From NCBI GenBank assembly GCA_026026165.1, contig JAPEUD010000073.1:1-64000 (forward strand): 64,000 bases of DNA, written 5' to 3'. The notes under the pieces are model-generated. The model saw only the letters and a program-made list of their open reading frames with translations, was not told where the DNA came from and did not search any database. Each line of letters starts with the position of its first letter. Positions within the stretch are counted from its first letter, which is position 1. The stretch comes from Sarea resinae (taxonomy: Eukaryota). A program made the translations under genes and the position numbers. This document shows positions 1 to 13,128 of this stretch, piece by piece.

Positions 1-788
1 CGAAACACCCCACTCGTCCTAACCTCAGTGTGGTAGACAGCTATCCAATACTGCCGGATCTTGATGCATTTCCCGATTCAGGAGGTTACATGCTGATGAA
101 ATTTGCAACTAACCCCGTTGCACCTTCGGATACCTACGATAGCCGCCTCGAGGTTGGGCTGCTGAAGCCTCTTGACCCTCGACCAGAGGTCTTAGCCGCC
201 TATGAGGCACAACAAGCAGCCCACGAAGCCGACCCCGCTGCCCCGCCCCCACAAGCCCCTCTGTACGATTATGCATACTTCTTGCCCGAAGATATTTCCG
301 CGGCAAAGAAGATCCAGAAAAAATTCAGCGTCGATGACCCAGAGAACGATCTCGCTGAACTCTATACGAATACAAATGAAGACGGTGATCCGACTTTCCG
401 ATATGATCGCGTCCGCGCTTATGAAACCGCTGCGCAAACAAGTGACACTGAACACAAATTGGGAGATCTTGCCGTCGCTCTGCATGATCCGGAGGCAGCC
501 GATGCAGTCGTCATTGACGGCGACGCAGGCCAACCACCGACCAAGCGTCGTCGGTTGCAAAAGGCGGCGTACTTCTATCCAATTCTGCAGAAATCGCAAA
601 TCAGACCGCTTCGGGCAGGCAAATTGGCAGGCTTGACGGGAGTGGCTCCTGGGCGTAGTGGGGGCGATGATGACAGGGACAAAGTTGATGCCTTGAGTAT
701 TATGGTCAGAAGCGCGGACGCTGCCGAAGAAGATAGACGGGCCAGCCATCGGGCCGAGTACGGAGGCGATGTTGGCGCCGAAGCTTGA
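1..788 (+). CDS. PAF1: RNA polymerase II-associated factor Paf1, 3' portion (5' end outside the window)
   Basis: Frame open from the window edge: KHPTRPNLSVVDSYPILPDLDAFPDSGGY...FRYDRVRAYET...KAAYFYPI, recalled as the fungal Paf1 C-terminal half; stop TGA 786-788. Confidence 0.8.
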   Translation, partial: KHPTRPNLSVVDSYPILPDLDAFPDSGGYMLMKFATNPVAPSDTYDSRLEVGLLKPLDPRPEVLAAYEAQQAAHEADPAAPPPQAPLYDYAYFLPEDISAAKKIQKKFSVDDPENDLAELYTNTNEDGDPTFRYDRVRAYETAAQTSDTEHKLGDLAVALHDPEAADAVVIDGDAGQPPTKRRRLQKAAYFYPILQKSQIRPLRAGKLAGLTGVAPGRSGGDDDRDKVDALSIMVRSADAAEEDRRASHRAEYGGDVGAEA

Positions 789-1345
789 TAGGATACCCAT
801 ATGGTATTGAGTCAGGAAGAATTGGGCCTGCAAATCTTCTTTTTTCATGTATCGAAGGACGGACGGCGCATGGCGTTTGCTAGGACGGGAGGGTTACGCT
901 CTCAGTCTGCGTGGCATTGCCGCCGAGGGGCAAAAGCATTTGTGTCTTGCCTTTCTGGCAGGCTGGTGTTACTGGATGCGATATCCTTCCATTTCTGTAT
1001 TATACACCTAGGATTTTTTGCGATAGACATCCTAAGCATGGAGGGATTGTTCTCTTGCCGCATCAGTCCAGACACGCTCCACAGTACATTTTTTGCTGAA
1101 ACAGTGCGCGGTGGCTGTGGCTTAATAGTAGGCATCAGTGGCATCAACATCTGTGGAAGCCGTGGTAAGTAGGCACAGCGAACTAACGAGAACGCAGTGA
1201 TGGCTCAACCGAGCATACGTTCAACCCCTCGTTCGTCGCTGTAGAGGCTTGGAAGTCCCTGCCAGTTTGAACGTTTCACATATTGCAGCGCAAATCCTCA
1301 AAGCAGCCTGTTTCTCCATTATCGCCCATTAGACACTGCCTCAAT

Positions 1346-3004
1346 ATGTCAAGCTCGGAGGTCCGAATTCCTGACTTCTCCGAATTGCCCCTTCATAGAG
1401 GAGATCCGCCGCACTCGGCTTGGGGTCTTTACGGGGATAACGATCAATTAGGAACCCTTAACAGATTGACTGGTGAAATGGTGGCGAAGGCGGCCCAGCT
1501 GGAGATCCAGTCTGGGAAAAGGTGCGTATATATCGTAACGCTATCAGATTGACTGTTTTGAATTGCTTTTGTGCTTCAAAAGGATATCAAAAAGAGCTTT
1601 GTGTTTACTATGATCGCTTTTGCTTGCATCCATTTTACGTTTGATTTATCTAGCCCGCAGTCTGATCTCGATACTCCGCAATCTTGCTTTTGATTGTCTT
1701 CACCTCGTTCTGCCCTCAATGACAATTTACTTTATTCAAATCGTTCCTGTGAGACCCAGAGAAGAGAAATTTACGATTCATCCTCCAGACTCTCACTCAA
1801 CCTGCCTTTGGATGCCATGGGCTCTCGTCCCTATTTCGGCCGCCAGGCATTCCATAAGGAGATATATCAAAAGAAACCACGCGCAGTGAACGATGATAGG
1901 TGGACTTTCAATACGCAAAGCTCAAGTCAATGCACGAAAATTCTCCATCTCAAATGCATCGATTTCGCTACAGAGGAGCTGACCTCGACCAGGGGACGGC
2001 CTCCGCCATTTCGCATATCAAGACGCCCAGTTGTTCTACAATGGCGTTACCATATCTGACATACACGACTCCGCATCCAGCACCGTCAATGGTATTCACA
2101 GTACGGATTATTCAAGCCTTTTGAAATCCCATTCAAGTGATCCTGATCACCGCTTCACTGAAGCTGATTCGTCACAGCTTGGGCAGAAAAGGGAATTGTA
2201 GGCCGTGGGGTCCTCCTCGATTTCGACCGCTGGCGGCGAGCCAATAAGCTCTCATATGACCCTTTCGAAAGAGACACAATTTCACTGGAGCAGCTGAAAG
2301 CGACTGCTGAGTACCAGGGGACGGAGATACAATTCGGCGATATTCTCATTGTTCGAACAGGTAAGAAAGAACGCAAAAGTTTCACACGAGTAGAGTGAGG
2401 CAGCACAAGTCTTTGCTTATAGGGCCATCAGGTTTTTTGGCCGCTTTCAATACAAAGTCAGCCTCGGAGATTGAAGCGAGTGCGAAAGTAGTCCCTCCGA
2501 ACTTATCAGGCGTGGCGCAGAGCAAAGACACCCTAAGATGGATCTGGGAGAACTTCTCAGCTGTCGCTGGAGATCAACCTTCGTTTGAATGCTGGCGTAA
2601 GTCTTCAGCATAGAGCCCCTTCCATTCTTGACCCCTTTCATCGGTCACCTTGGTGTTCTAACAAGCCATGTGCCAGCCTCTCAAACCAACTGGTATATGC
2701 ATGAGGTCCTCCTCGCCGGCTTTGGCTGTCCCATCGGGGAGCTGTTCGATTTAGAAGAGCTAGCTAGGCATTGTGAGAGCATTGGCCGATGGAGCTTCTT
2801 TGTGAGCAGTGAAGTGTGTAATGTGACTGGCGGTGTTGCGAGGTAAGTCGGATTCCTAGCGCCTAAGAATGGAAAGAGCACGGAGAGGAAAAGGGGTGAT
2901 GAATATGATTGCCACGCGCAGAGAGGGCTACTACAATCACTGTAAGTCGATGCTAACGAATGTGGTTTTCTTGCAGTCCTCCGAATATTCTGGCCATTTT
3001 TTGA
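1346..3004 (+). CDS. Putative cyclase / kynurenine formamidase-like family protein, 7 exons
   Basis: Exons 1346-1521, 1789-1931, 1993-2100, 2178-2360, 2432-2596, 2677-2842, 2977-3004. Spliced motifs: AWGLYGDNDQLGTLNRL, NTQSSSQWDGLRHFAYQ, GIVGRGVLLD, GDILIVRTG, HEVLLAGFGCPIGELFDLE, GGVASPPNILAIF*. Intron 2 is GC-AG. Confidence 0.85.
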
Positions 3005-3760
3005 GGATGGCGCAGAGAAGAAAGGGCAAGGAGATAGAGACTGAGACCCCTTGAAGAAGGGCCTTCGGGCGTTCTGACCTTCTGGCCTTCTGCAAGCGGA
3101 AGGATCTGTATTTCGAAACTGTCGCAGAATGGTCATTGAACAAACAAAGAGATGGTGACTCAAGTAATGCGTTTGTTTTAGCAAGTCAACATGCCGCACT
3201 GGGTGCGTACCGTGTATGAGATTGTTCTGTTGTGACTGTGACTGTGTACCACTACACCCGGACCCTTTATGTCATCTTCCATTGTCACTCTTTTAGGCAG
3301 CGGCCGCCGGCTGGTAGACAGGTAGCTACTGCTGTCTAGTCCGATCGATCCATTCATTCATAATTTTGCACACAAGGCCATTTCGCACGAACACAACAAA
3401 CCGCGCCCTTCAGCTCTTCTTCCACCCGCTTCACCCACAACACCCACAATACCCACAACACTCACCTCTCTTCTCTTCTTCTCTTCTCATCATCAACACC
3501 CTCACCAACATCTCACTTTTCATCATCACTTTCCCGTTTTCTATCAAGACCCATCCAACTGCGCATCCAAATCTAAACAGCCATCGACCTCCTATCTCGA
3601 GTTCTTGACGTTCGATTCATCAGACTGATTCTGTCGTCGCAAAGCTGTTTACAGCGTCGCGCATCATCTCAAAGCTGCGTGAGAGACAAATACTCATTGA
3701 TCAAAACATACTCGATTCGAACCCGACCGCTTCAAGCTATAGTCCCCTACCATCCTCATA

Positions 3761-5762
3761 ATGCCTCCTAAGAAGACTGCGGCAGCGAAGGAGACTGCGG
3801 CTAAGAAAGCTGCACCGAAAGCTTCTGCTCGCGCGAAGACTCCAGTCAAGCGCATCAATTCAAACGCTGCTGAACCGAAGCCAGCAACCAAGAAGTCTAC
3901 CTTCACGACCAAGAAAGCCACCGCGCCGAAGAAAGCTGCTGCAGAGGCTGAGACCGCCAAGACTGCTACAGAAAAGGCCACGGCCACCAAGAAGGCCACG
4001 GCTACGAAAGCGACCACTACAACGCGTGTGGCGAAGAAAACACCTACCCCAGCTCCAACCGGTAAGTAAAGGCTTTGCGCATTCTTAAACTATCCCTGGC
4101 TAACGCGTCGACCGAAGAAACGAAACCCGCAGCTGGCAATAAGAAGCGCAAGGCAGCTTCGGAGACTCCGGAAGCAGTGAATGGTGCTGCTAAAAAGCGG
4201 AAGAGCACCGAGGAAGCTTCGCCTCGACCCGTCAAGAAAGCCAAGTCTGCTAAGCCTGCTAAGGTGACGCCCAAAGCTGTTATCAATGCGGTGCCTACCG
4301 AAAAACTCAATGTTTACGTATTCGGGGAGGGGAGCTCTGGAGAGTTGGGTTTGGGGACCGCAAAGAACGCGGTTGACGTAAGGCGTCCACGTCTTAATCC
4401 TCTTCTACTCCCGGACAGCGTTGGCGTTGTCCATGTCGCCACAGGTGGCATGCATGTTGCTGCGCTCACATACGACAATAAAATTCTGACTTGGGGCGTC
4501 AACGATCAAGGCGCTCTTGGGCGCGATACGACTTGGGACGGCGGTTTCAAGGACATCGACGCAAATGATGAAGAGAGCTCGGACAGTGGCAGCGACAGCG
4601 GCATGAACCCGAGAGAGAGCACGCCAACTGCTGTATCTTCAGACGCCTTCCCAGAGGGCACCAAGTTTGTTCAATTGGCTGCTGGCGATTCCACCACGTT
4701 CGCACTGACGGACGATGGACTTGTCTATGGGTGGGGTACATTCAGGGTAGGTCTATCGGGAGCATGACCACGAAAGCAAATACTGACAACATCCAGTCAA
4801 ACGAGGGCATTCTCGGGTTCACAGCAGACATCCGTGTCCAAAGCACACCGATGCTGATCCCCGAGCTCAAAAAGATCAAACGCATCGAAGCTGGTGCTAA
4901 TCATGTTCTCGCTCTTAATGAGAAGGGCGCCGTCTTCGCCTGGGGATCCGGGCAACAGAATCAACTTGGCCGTCGTGTGGTCGAGCGTACGCGCATGAAT
5001 GGCCTGACGCCCCGCGAGTTTGGTCTACCACGCAACAAGATTGTTGCCATTGGCTGCGGCTCATACCATTCCTTTGCTGTCGATAAAGCCGGCAAGGTCT
5101 GGACGTGGGGATTGAATTCGTTTGGCGAGACAGGCATTGACGACAACGCGGGCGAAGATCAAGCTGTTGTTCTGTCGCCTAAGGTGGTGGAGAGTCTGGC
5201 CGGCTACGAAGTCACTCATATTGCGGGTGGTTCTCATCACAGCATTGCTGTTACGAAGACGGGAGAGTGCCTTACTTGGGGCCGTGTCGACGGATATCAG
5301 ATTGGTATTGACGTCAAGGATCTTCCCGAGGAAGATCTCATCATGGATGAGAAGGAGCGTCCCCGTATACTGAAGAAACCTACGCATGTCCCTGGTACGT
5401 TGTCTCCTTCACCTAGCACCTCACGGCAATTGACTAAACGATCGGTATTAGGGTTCAAAGCCACGTATGCCTGTGCTGGTCCTGAGCATAGCATTGCCAT
5501 CACGGATGGAGGCCAAGCTTACTCATGGGGCTTTTCGGTAAACTTTCAGACGGGCCAGGGCAAAGACGATGACGTTGAAGTGGCGACGCTGATTGACAAC
5601 ACCGCTGTGCGTGGCAAGCGACTCAATTGGGCCGGCGCGGGTGGCCAATACAGCATCCTCACTGGTCCTGCCAGCGACACGGCTGGGCCAGTCGTCAATG
5701 GCGTCTCAAGTTCTGCATCCGTGGCGGGAGATGGGGATGGCAGGGCCGGAGTAGCAGCGTGA
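3761..5762 (+). CDS. RCC1: RCC1 / Ran guanine nucleotide exchange factor (Pim1/Srm1 orthologue)
   Basis: Exons 3761-4061, 4118-4746, 4797-5394, 5452-5762. RCC1 repeats (VYVFGEGSSGELGLG, WGVNDQGALGR, WGSGQQNQLGR, WGLNSFGETG) follow a K/A/T/P-rich N-terminal tail with NLS-like KKRK motifs. Confidence 0.93.
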
Positions 5763-8370
5763 GACCAAAGAACAGCAACATTATCCGTGGTGATGGGCGG
5801 TTTTGTGGAACTCGGTTTTGGCTTTCCTGTTTATGTTCTTATCTTTTTCGTTTGCTTCCCCTGGGTTCTTGGATGACATTCCATGTTCTCCGAGGATATG
5901 ATAGGGGAGAGAGAAAATCTGGGGCTGTGAGGAAGGAATACACATAAGGGAAGCTCAAGCATATTTTTCGTCTGCGTGTTTTGTCTCGTCTTGTCTCGTT
6001 TTGTTTTCTACTCTATTCTCGATCCATTCCAACTCTCGTCAACAGAGAGAGAGAAAGGCGCGGGAGCTATGACAGCAGATTCGACGATGGTTATCGATCG
6101 ATCGATCGGTCAATCAATCAATCAATCAATAGATGGACAGACGGAGGGCAGGTCTCTCTTTCTCTATCTCATCTGCAGAGACACGACAGGGTAGATTGAC
6201 GCAAGGCTTTGCATTTCTGTTTTCTTTTCGTCTTTTTCTTTTCTTCTCGTTTTCTCTAACCGTCTTCTCTTTTCAAAACAGCATCGGTCGTTGATGCACT
6301 GTATTGTATCATTCAACAGAGTATTTGAATAGAAAGCACATTTCGTTCCATCATGATCCATCTCATCCCACCCATCCCCGTCCCATGACAAGAGAGAAGG
6401 AGGCTTCATCAACATATCAACATCAAGATCAGATCAGATCCGATCAAGCACGCGTGTGCGTGTGTGACTATGGCACTGCGGGAGACCAAGTCTCCAAGCT
6501 ACTAGTGTAGGTAGGTACCTACCTAACCAGCCAACCAACTGGGCGTCCTCTTTAAGGCCCCCCGGGCTCTGCACTTGTGCTTTGTGCATCGTACCAAGTT
6601 ACGAGTACGAAGTAATACGATGTACTCCATATGAACCGAGACCCGGATTCAGTGACGCTGTTGGGCGACTCTCATCGGCTCAAGTACCTACCGAGTACTT
6701 ACTATGTACCTACCCTGCCGCTTCCTTCCATCATGCCGCCAAATCATGGTGAAGAGCGTGAAGGCGCAGACGCAGCGGCGCTGCAGGTGATTAGTATCTT
6801 GTTGACTCATTCTAATTACTCTCCAATCCGAGTCTTCAGTACATTGGACGCCTGATCCTCTTGGGCCTGTGAAAATCTTCTGTTTTTCTGTTTCACAGTG
6901 TCCAGTGTCGACGTCTCGGCGTCCAGCGAGAAGATCACCAGGCCTTTCCTACCAGAGAAATCACTCGCAGTGTTCATTCGTTCAATTCGCTATTCGCGGT
7001 CTTTTTGGTTGGTCTGCTGTGTTGTCGTTGCCCATCTATCCTTCTTCCTCCTTCACTGGACCGCTGCTGTAGCTCTCTTGGAAACATCGATGCTGCGCGG
7101 TTGCAGCTGTATGCGGATTCATCTGCGCCATCGTGACGTTGGATCCATTTCTACCGGGCAAGCAGACTCAACAGGACCCATTTGAGACGAGAATCCTCAC
7201 GGCTGGACATGAGCTTTTCGAATCTATGACGGAACCCTTGGATGTACCTGTATCGCATGGGTGTCTGGGCAGTCGGGCGTATTTGTTTTCACTCAACTAC
7301 TTTGCTGGTCGTTTACTGACGTCTTACCAGGCTCGAACGGCCCAAGAGAATATCCCGTTTGCTTTGGCTGTCCGGCGACCTCGATCGAGGGATGGGAACC
7401 ATGCGACGGCACTGGACCAATGGACCGGACGTTCTTCGAGAGTCTTGTGTGTCTGTCCACGCAAGATACATGGCATCTTGCCGAGTTCTATCTCCGATTG
7501 CCTCGACGAAAGAGAGCTTTATGAGCGCGCCAGAAAAGGGCCGCGCCCCCCGAGACGCTGCCTCGAATTTCCCGAAGATGTCATCTTCGACATCACTCGC
7601 GAAGAAGAGCGGGTCCTTGGCTATTCTGTGTACTGGCGCATCTACTCTGGGGTCCTCTCAATTGCACTGTCTGCCAACGCTCGACGACGGCCTATGTGGG
7701 CATCTCATAAGGGCGTCTGCGAGCCCAGAACTAAGGATACTTGGGAAAGGCCTTCCGGTAGACCAAAGTCGCCGCCGCTTCGAATATGCTATCACAACTT
7801 TCGCAGCTCTGGACGATCCAGAGAAAAGATATTGGCGTCTCCGCGAACCGCCAGCCAAGAGCGAAACTGAGACTGCGAACAATACATCAGCAAATGTGAC
7901 TAAGGTCCCCGAAAAGTATTCAGCGTTAAGCTCGTTGCTGCCCAGTGATACGCACGAGACTACTCATGGGCCGACCACCGAAATTTGCTCATCAAAGACG
8001 GATCAGCTCTGGAACATTCAGCCCAAGGGATCATCCGTCCACAAATGCTACCCATACCTCTCAGACCCACCATAGAGACGCCTTTCACAGATTGCCATTT
8101 TGAGAACTCAAGTCAAACTGGTAGAACAAAGGCCTCAGCAAGCAGCTTGACTGAAGGTAAACATCGAATATTTGATTCCAAAAAAAACTTCACCACGTGA
8201 ATCAGCACCACAGCAATCAGCACCACAGCAATCAGCATTTTAACAGATATATGCGATACGCAATTGAATTCATTGCGACGCAGACTCCTCACAGAAATCG
8301 TTTACTCATACTTGGGCCTGCTCCAATCGGACGCTTGCTGCCTGCCGAGCGAGATCTCGGCCCCCAAAAA

Positions 8371-9605
8371 ATGTCGACCTCAGCCCCGGTCGTGAGTACA
8401 GCGGACGAACAAGGATCTGTCAATCAGATTCCACACCTCAATAATGCGGCTCCAGCTGCTACCGGTCCGATTCTATTCGATCTCAGGTGGCCCCGGGGCC
8501 TTGAAATTGATAAAGCTGATGGATGTCCATCCGAAAACTTCGGTCCTGATCATTCTCCGTTCATCCCATGTGACCTAGATTACACCACCTTCTTGTCGCA
8601 AGAAGATTTATCATTTCTTCATGGTGAAGAATTTATTGACATTCAAGGCTCTCTAGATTGCACCTCGATAAATCCGTTTCAAGGCAACTTGTCCTACCTG
8701 GAGCCGATTCCCTTCATACTTGGCTCTGATCCATCAAATTCATCTGAGACCCACGGCTCCTCCCCGCAGATGCCAAATATCTTCTCGACCGTGGCGGAAC
8801 GAGCTCTTCAAGGCGACCCGGACGCAATCATGCAGACCTTTACAGAGCCCGGGCGTCAATCTTCGCTCTATTGCTCTACTCCCGAAGTTCTAGCTCACAG
8901 CTATTTCCCTCAATCTCGGGCTTGTTTCCGTCAAGACCAATACTGGGTGCCCACCCACTTTTCTCCAGCTCCTCTGCCTCCACAGCACTTGTCCGCGTCC
9001 GGATACTCTACTCAGTCCAGACCAGCCTCTATCAGTGCATCCTCTACAGATCATCCACAATATCTCTCTCCGCCAGACGCTGCAGCGCGATCACCGGAGT
9101 CTTCCTTGGACGGCTCTTATGCCACGGATTATCAACCGGCGGCGCAATCCGAGGTTTCAGATTCCTCTTCACCCAGTACCAGCGAGCTCCAACAATACGG
9201 CAGTTACATCGGCAGCGGCCGCTGGAAGTGCGCATACCCAGGCTGCCAATCTCCGGCCGAGTTCAAACGAGGCTGTGATCTGCGAAAGCACTTCAAGAGG
9301 CACAGCAAGACGATGTTCTGTCGACACCCAGGCTGTCCACAGGCGACCAAGGGAGGCTTCTCTAGCAAGAAAGATCGTGGTCGCCACGAAGCAAAGCACA
9401 ACCCGACGATCGAATGCGCTTGGGAAGGCTGCGACAGGAAATTCAGCAGAGTTGATAACATGGTATGGAGTCCGCCCTCAATGTTTTTGCAGAGCCGCAA
9501 TCTCTGTTTGGGAGGGTGGCGGTTGCGTACACTAGTGCTCTGCTAACCTTGTCTCTTGAGCTGCAGAGAGATCACGTCAAACGCATCCACAAAAGACCTA
9601 GCTAG
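8371..9605 (+). CDS. C2H2 zinc-finger transcription factor with three C-terminal fingers
   Basis: CAYPGC...HFKRH, CRHPGC...HEAKH, and CAWEGC..FSRVDNM|RDHVKRIH completed across intron 9463-9566; S/P-rich middle. Start uncertain (in-frame ATGs at 8251 and 8371). Confidence 0.85.
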
Positions 9606-10320
9606 ATTGGAAGTGGCCGTGTAATTGCCGGGAAGATTGACGCGTCTCACGTCATCTCGCCCTCTGAATCTAGCCAGCTAGTGGACGCAGACTGGATGCA
9701 TGAAGAAGATAGCAGAGAAATTGAGCTGGCTGACCAAGATTCTTACTAGCGTATCGAAGATAGCGATGCGCACATTTGATCCATCAAAAGCATACGAACC
9801 TACAACGGCGTTTGCGATTCGGTTTCTTTCAGCCGAGTCTTGTAGCTATTTCCTTGTGCCTTTTTAAAAACACGGCTGGGCTCATGGGGGATAAGCGGAT
9901 CATCGGTTGGACAATGCGAGAAGTTCGGGCGAGGGACTTGCTCAGGAAGGATCTCCGTTTCCGTCTTCGAGGGTCCATATACACACGGCGTGGCTCGGCA
10001 TGACTGGGATGATCTTTGCTCTACATAGTGTTTCAAGCTTTCCGAGTAGATTTACCACGGATTCTGTCTTGGATGGTGTGCAATCATGCATGCATGCATG
10101 CATCATGCATGATGGCAGATTGATGTGAGCATTGTGTATGTATGTGCGTGGTGTGCGTGCATGTGTGTGTGTGTGTGTGTGGTAGAAAAGGACGTTGTAG
10201 GAGGGTGGCAGGAATGACTGGATGGTCAGCCTCAGAGCCTCAATCTCTTGCCGAGAGTGCGCCGGGCCCTTGAGTAGTATTCCCTCTCTCCCTGCGGCTT
10301 ACTGTACGAAATACTCTACT

Positions 10321-10398
10321 TTGCCTTGTGTTGCCTTGTCCTGCCTTGCCCTGCCCTGCCTTGCCCTGCCCTGCCTTGCCCTGCCCTGCCTTGCCTGC
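10321..10398. repeat. Pentanucleotide microsatellite (CCTTG/CCCTG)n
   Basis: Tandem ccttg/ccctg units read directly. Confidence 0.9.
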
Positions 10399-11753
10399 AT
10401 AGAGTACTATCGGCCTGCTTGCCTGCCTGCTATTAGGTCCCACCCGGCCCGTCTGTGGCACGAACGAGTGAGTAAGATGATGGACTTACCCCACCTACCA
10501 ATCTCACCTCTAGGCTTACCCCTCCTCCCCCTCCCCCTCCTTCTCCTTTTCCTTCTGCTTCTCCGCCTCGGCCTCTTCCTCTTCCTCCGCTCTCCTCTCT
10601 CGACCACATCCATCACCAGGCAGCAGGCAGTAAGTAAGGTAGATAGGTAGGCCGCACACAGCAAAGCTGGGGATTTCTTCTCCACCTGAGCTAACCCTAC
10701 CGTGTCTATTGTGGCGAAAGTGTGTGTTGAGCTTATCTCAGAACCTCCGGTAGGGCGTAGGCTGTAGGGTGTATCTACTGTAGGCGGGGGGCAGGGGGGC
10801 AGGGACGTCGGGTGCAGGGACTGTTGATAGTATATACATACGGAGTACTGTAGGTAAGCAGTCACTGTGGCTGACTGACTGCCCGAACTTCCCCCAAGCC
10901 AAGCCAATCCAATCCACGCCGCCTGGACCAAGACACCGCTGCTCAGGAAAACCCTCGTCCTGGGAGCCGCGCGGGAACCTGGAAGCCATGAGACAGAAAG
11001 AGGAACAGAGCCGCTCCGCCACGGATGCCTGTGATCTTCCGCCGGGCACGACGACGCCCCCGCCACCCCTTCTCTGAAGCTCATCATCTATCTGCACGGG
11101 AAGAAATGCTTACTTTCCTGACCTCGCCCACCCACGAACCGAGGTCGGTCCGGTAGGTAGGTAGGTCGAAAGGCACTGCACTGTCATACTACCTACTTCG
11201 TACATTACTCTACCTCACGTATGAAGTTCCTCCCTTGGGTAGAGTGCACACACACACACCTCACCGTGAGCCTCACCCCCACCCGTACCTACTTACTTAC
11301 CTACCTCCCACTCCAACCCCACCCACCCCCCAAACTCCCAGAGGAAGAGTACTATCAATCCAGACACCCAGCCAGCCACCCAGCTCAATGGGGCCTTCAG
11401 CTGCTTGACACCAGAGAGCCTAACCCGAGCTATCCTACTATCCTACTATTATACTACCATACCACCATACCACTATACCACACTATTCTCGGCTCAGCCT
11501 TGTGCACTGGTGCCTCGTGCCTCGTGCCTCATGCATGTCATTACTCGGAGGAGTACTACCTAGTAGGCAGTAGGGGAACGTTGGGGGTGGGGGGATTTGG
11601 GGTCCGACTCACGGAACCGATTCTGCTGACCAGGCAGCGAGGAACGGAGGGAAAAAAAAAAAAGAGACATTGGATTGCATGGACGACGTGATCATAACAC
11701 AACACAACACGACACAACGCCTTGGGCCCAGGGAGTCGAGTAAGGCTGAAGAG

Positions 11754-11802
<49 letters not shown>
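11754..11802. repeat. (GTA)16 microsatellite
   Basis: Perfect gtagtagta... run. Confidence 0.95.
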
Positions 11803-12111
11803 AAATGAATCTAGGACAGACACAACACAACACATACAGCGGTGGTGTCCCAACTCTCTCCGAACTACTCAGATGAAAGGACAGCGAGCGCTGCCTCGAG
11901 GGGCGGGGCTATTCGTGTCCGGGGATTTTCTACTCATTGGATCCCGACAGCCAAGGTTACCTAACGTAGGTTAGGTAAGGCGGTCACCTACCTACCTACC
12001 TACCCACCCACAGCGTTCGTTCGATGAGGTGCTAAGTGATTCGTATCTTGCACAGGCACCTTAAGGCACGAAGTACTCCGTGGCTACTCGTAGAGTCAAG
12101 GTAGGTCATTC

Positions 12112-12151
12112 AGGTAAGGTAAGGTAAGGTAAGGTAAGGTAAGGTAAGGTA
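12112..12151. repeat. (AGGTA)8 microsatellite
   Basis: Perfect aggtaaggtaagg... run. Confidence 0.9.
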
Positions 12152-12355
12152 CCTAAGCCAGGTAAGGGAGGGAGGCAGCGGCCTCTACTCTACTGTACGA
12201 AGTACGAAGTACCTACCTAGGTAGACGGCCCGCCGTTGGTGCTGCCGTTGGCGCTGCCGTTGGCGGGCGGGTAGGCGATCGAGGGGGACGGCATGGCCAG
12301 GCACGTTGACAGCCCGGCCCCCAACGCAAGACTGTACATAGTGCGCAGCGCGGCC

Positions 12356-12477
12356 TGTGCTTGTGCTTGTGCGTGTGCTTGTGCTTGTGCTTGTGCGTGT
12401 GCTTGTGCGTGTGCTTGTGCTTGTGCTTGTGCTTGTGCTTGTGCTTGTGCTTGGGCTTGGGCTTGGGCTTGGGCTTG
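12356..12477. repeat. Hexanucleotide microsatellite (TGTGCT / TGTGCG / TGGGCT)n
   Basis: About 20 tandem hexamers, drifting from tgtgct to tgggct. Confidence 0.9.
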
Positions 12478-12879
12478 ATTCGCGCCTGGCTGTTGTGATG
12501 AGGGTTATGTAGACATCTTTCCATCCATCTACCTATCGATCTGACCTCGCGAGAATGTAGTAGAGATGACAAAATGGCGTCGCGACTCGTGTCGGTCTTC
12601 CTCTAGCTAGCTCGGTTATGCTCTGTTATGCTCTGTTATGCTCCGTTCGGTCCTATGGTGTTCTCCTGTGGAGCAACCCTCACTTGCTTTTGAGGGATTC
12701 ATTTCATGATAGAAGGGATGATTGATGCTTGATGCGAGGAGATTGGATCGGCTCGTCTTGGTATCATCCCCAGACACCGCGAGAGGGAGAGAGAGAGAGA
12801 TGCAAGATCCCATCATGAAATGCCATGTCTCAGGAGATAAATGAAAGAATATTTGGTGGCTATGGAATGGTATATTCGC

Positions 12880-12908
12880 TACGCACGCACGCACGCACGC
12901 ACGCACGC
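12880..12908. repeat. (GCAC)n microsatellite
   Basis: acgcacgcacgc... run. Confidence 0.85.
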
Positions 12909-13128
12909 ATGCATGCTATGAGTCAAACGAAACGCTATTGTGCTGGGCCTTTGTGGCACGCAGGCGAATGATTCTGTGATAGGTAGATAGAGAGCTAGGT
13001 CGATAGGTGGTAGGTAGTATGCAGTATGTAGGTGATATTCAGAACTTTCCCTCGGCCAGACAGACCAAACATAGCGACACAACGACACGCCAAAACCCAG
13101 GTAGTGATCCCCATCAAAAGAAAAGAGC

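Noticed and set aside
3761..4069. Histone H1-like K/A/T-rich ORF
   Set aside because: It splices in frame into RCC1 as its N-terminal tail; there is no globular H1 domain.
10691..10699. CTAACCCTA as a possible telomerase RNA template in the large intergenic region
   Set aside because: A 9-mer in any permutation is expected by chance in 64 kb; I saw no U-rich/A-rich pseudoknot or P6/P6.1 element.
12112..12151. (TAAGG)n as an interstitial telomere or an array of splice donors
   Set aside because: It is not TTAGGG and sits among other microsatellites; no associated exon.
10222..12906. ORFs encoding poly-V, poly-T, KH and AC repeats
   Set aside because: They are translations of microsatellites with no protein-like content.
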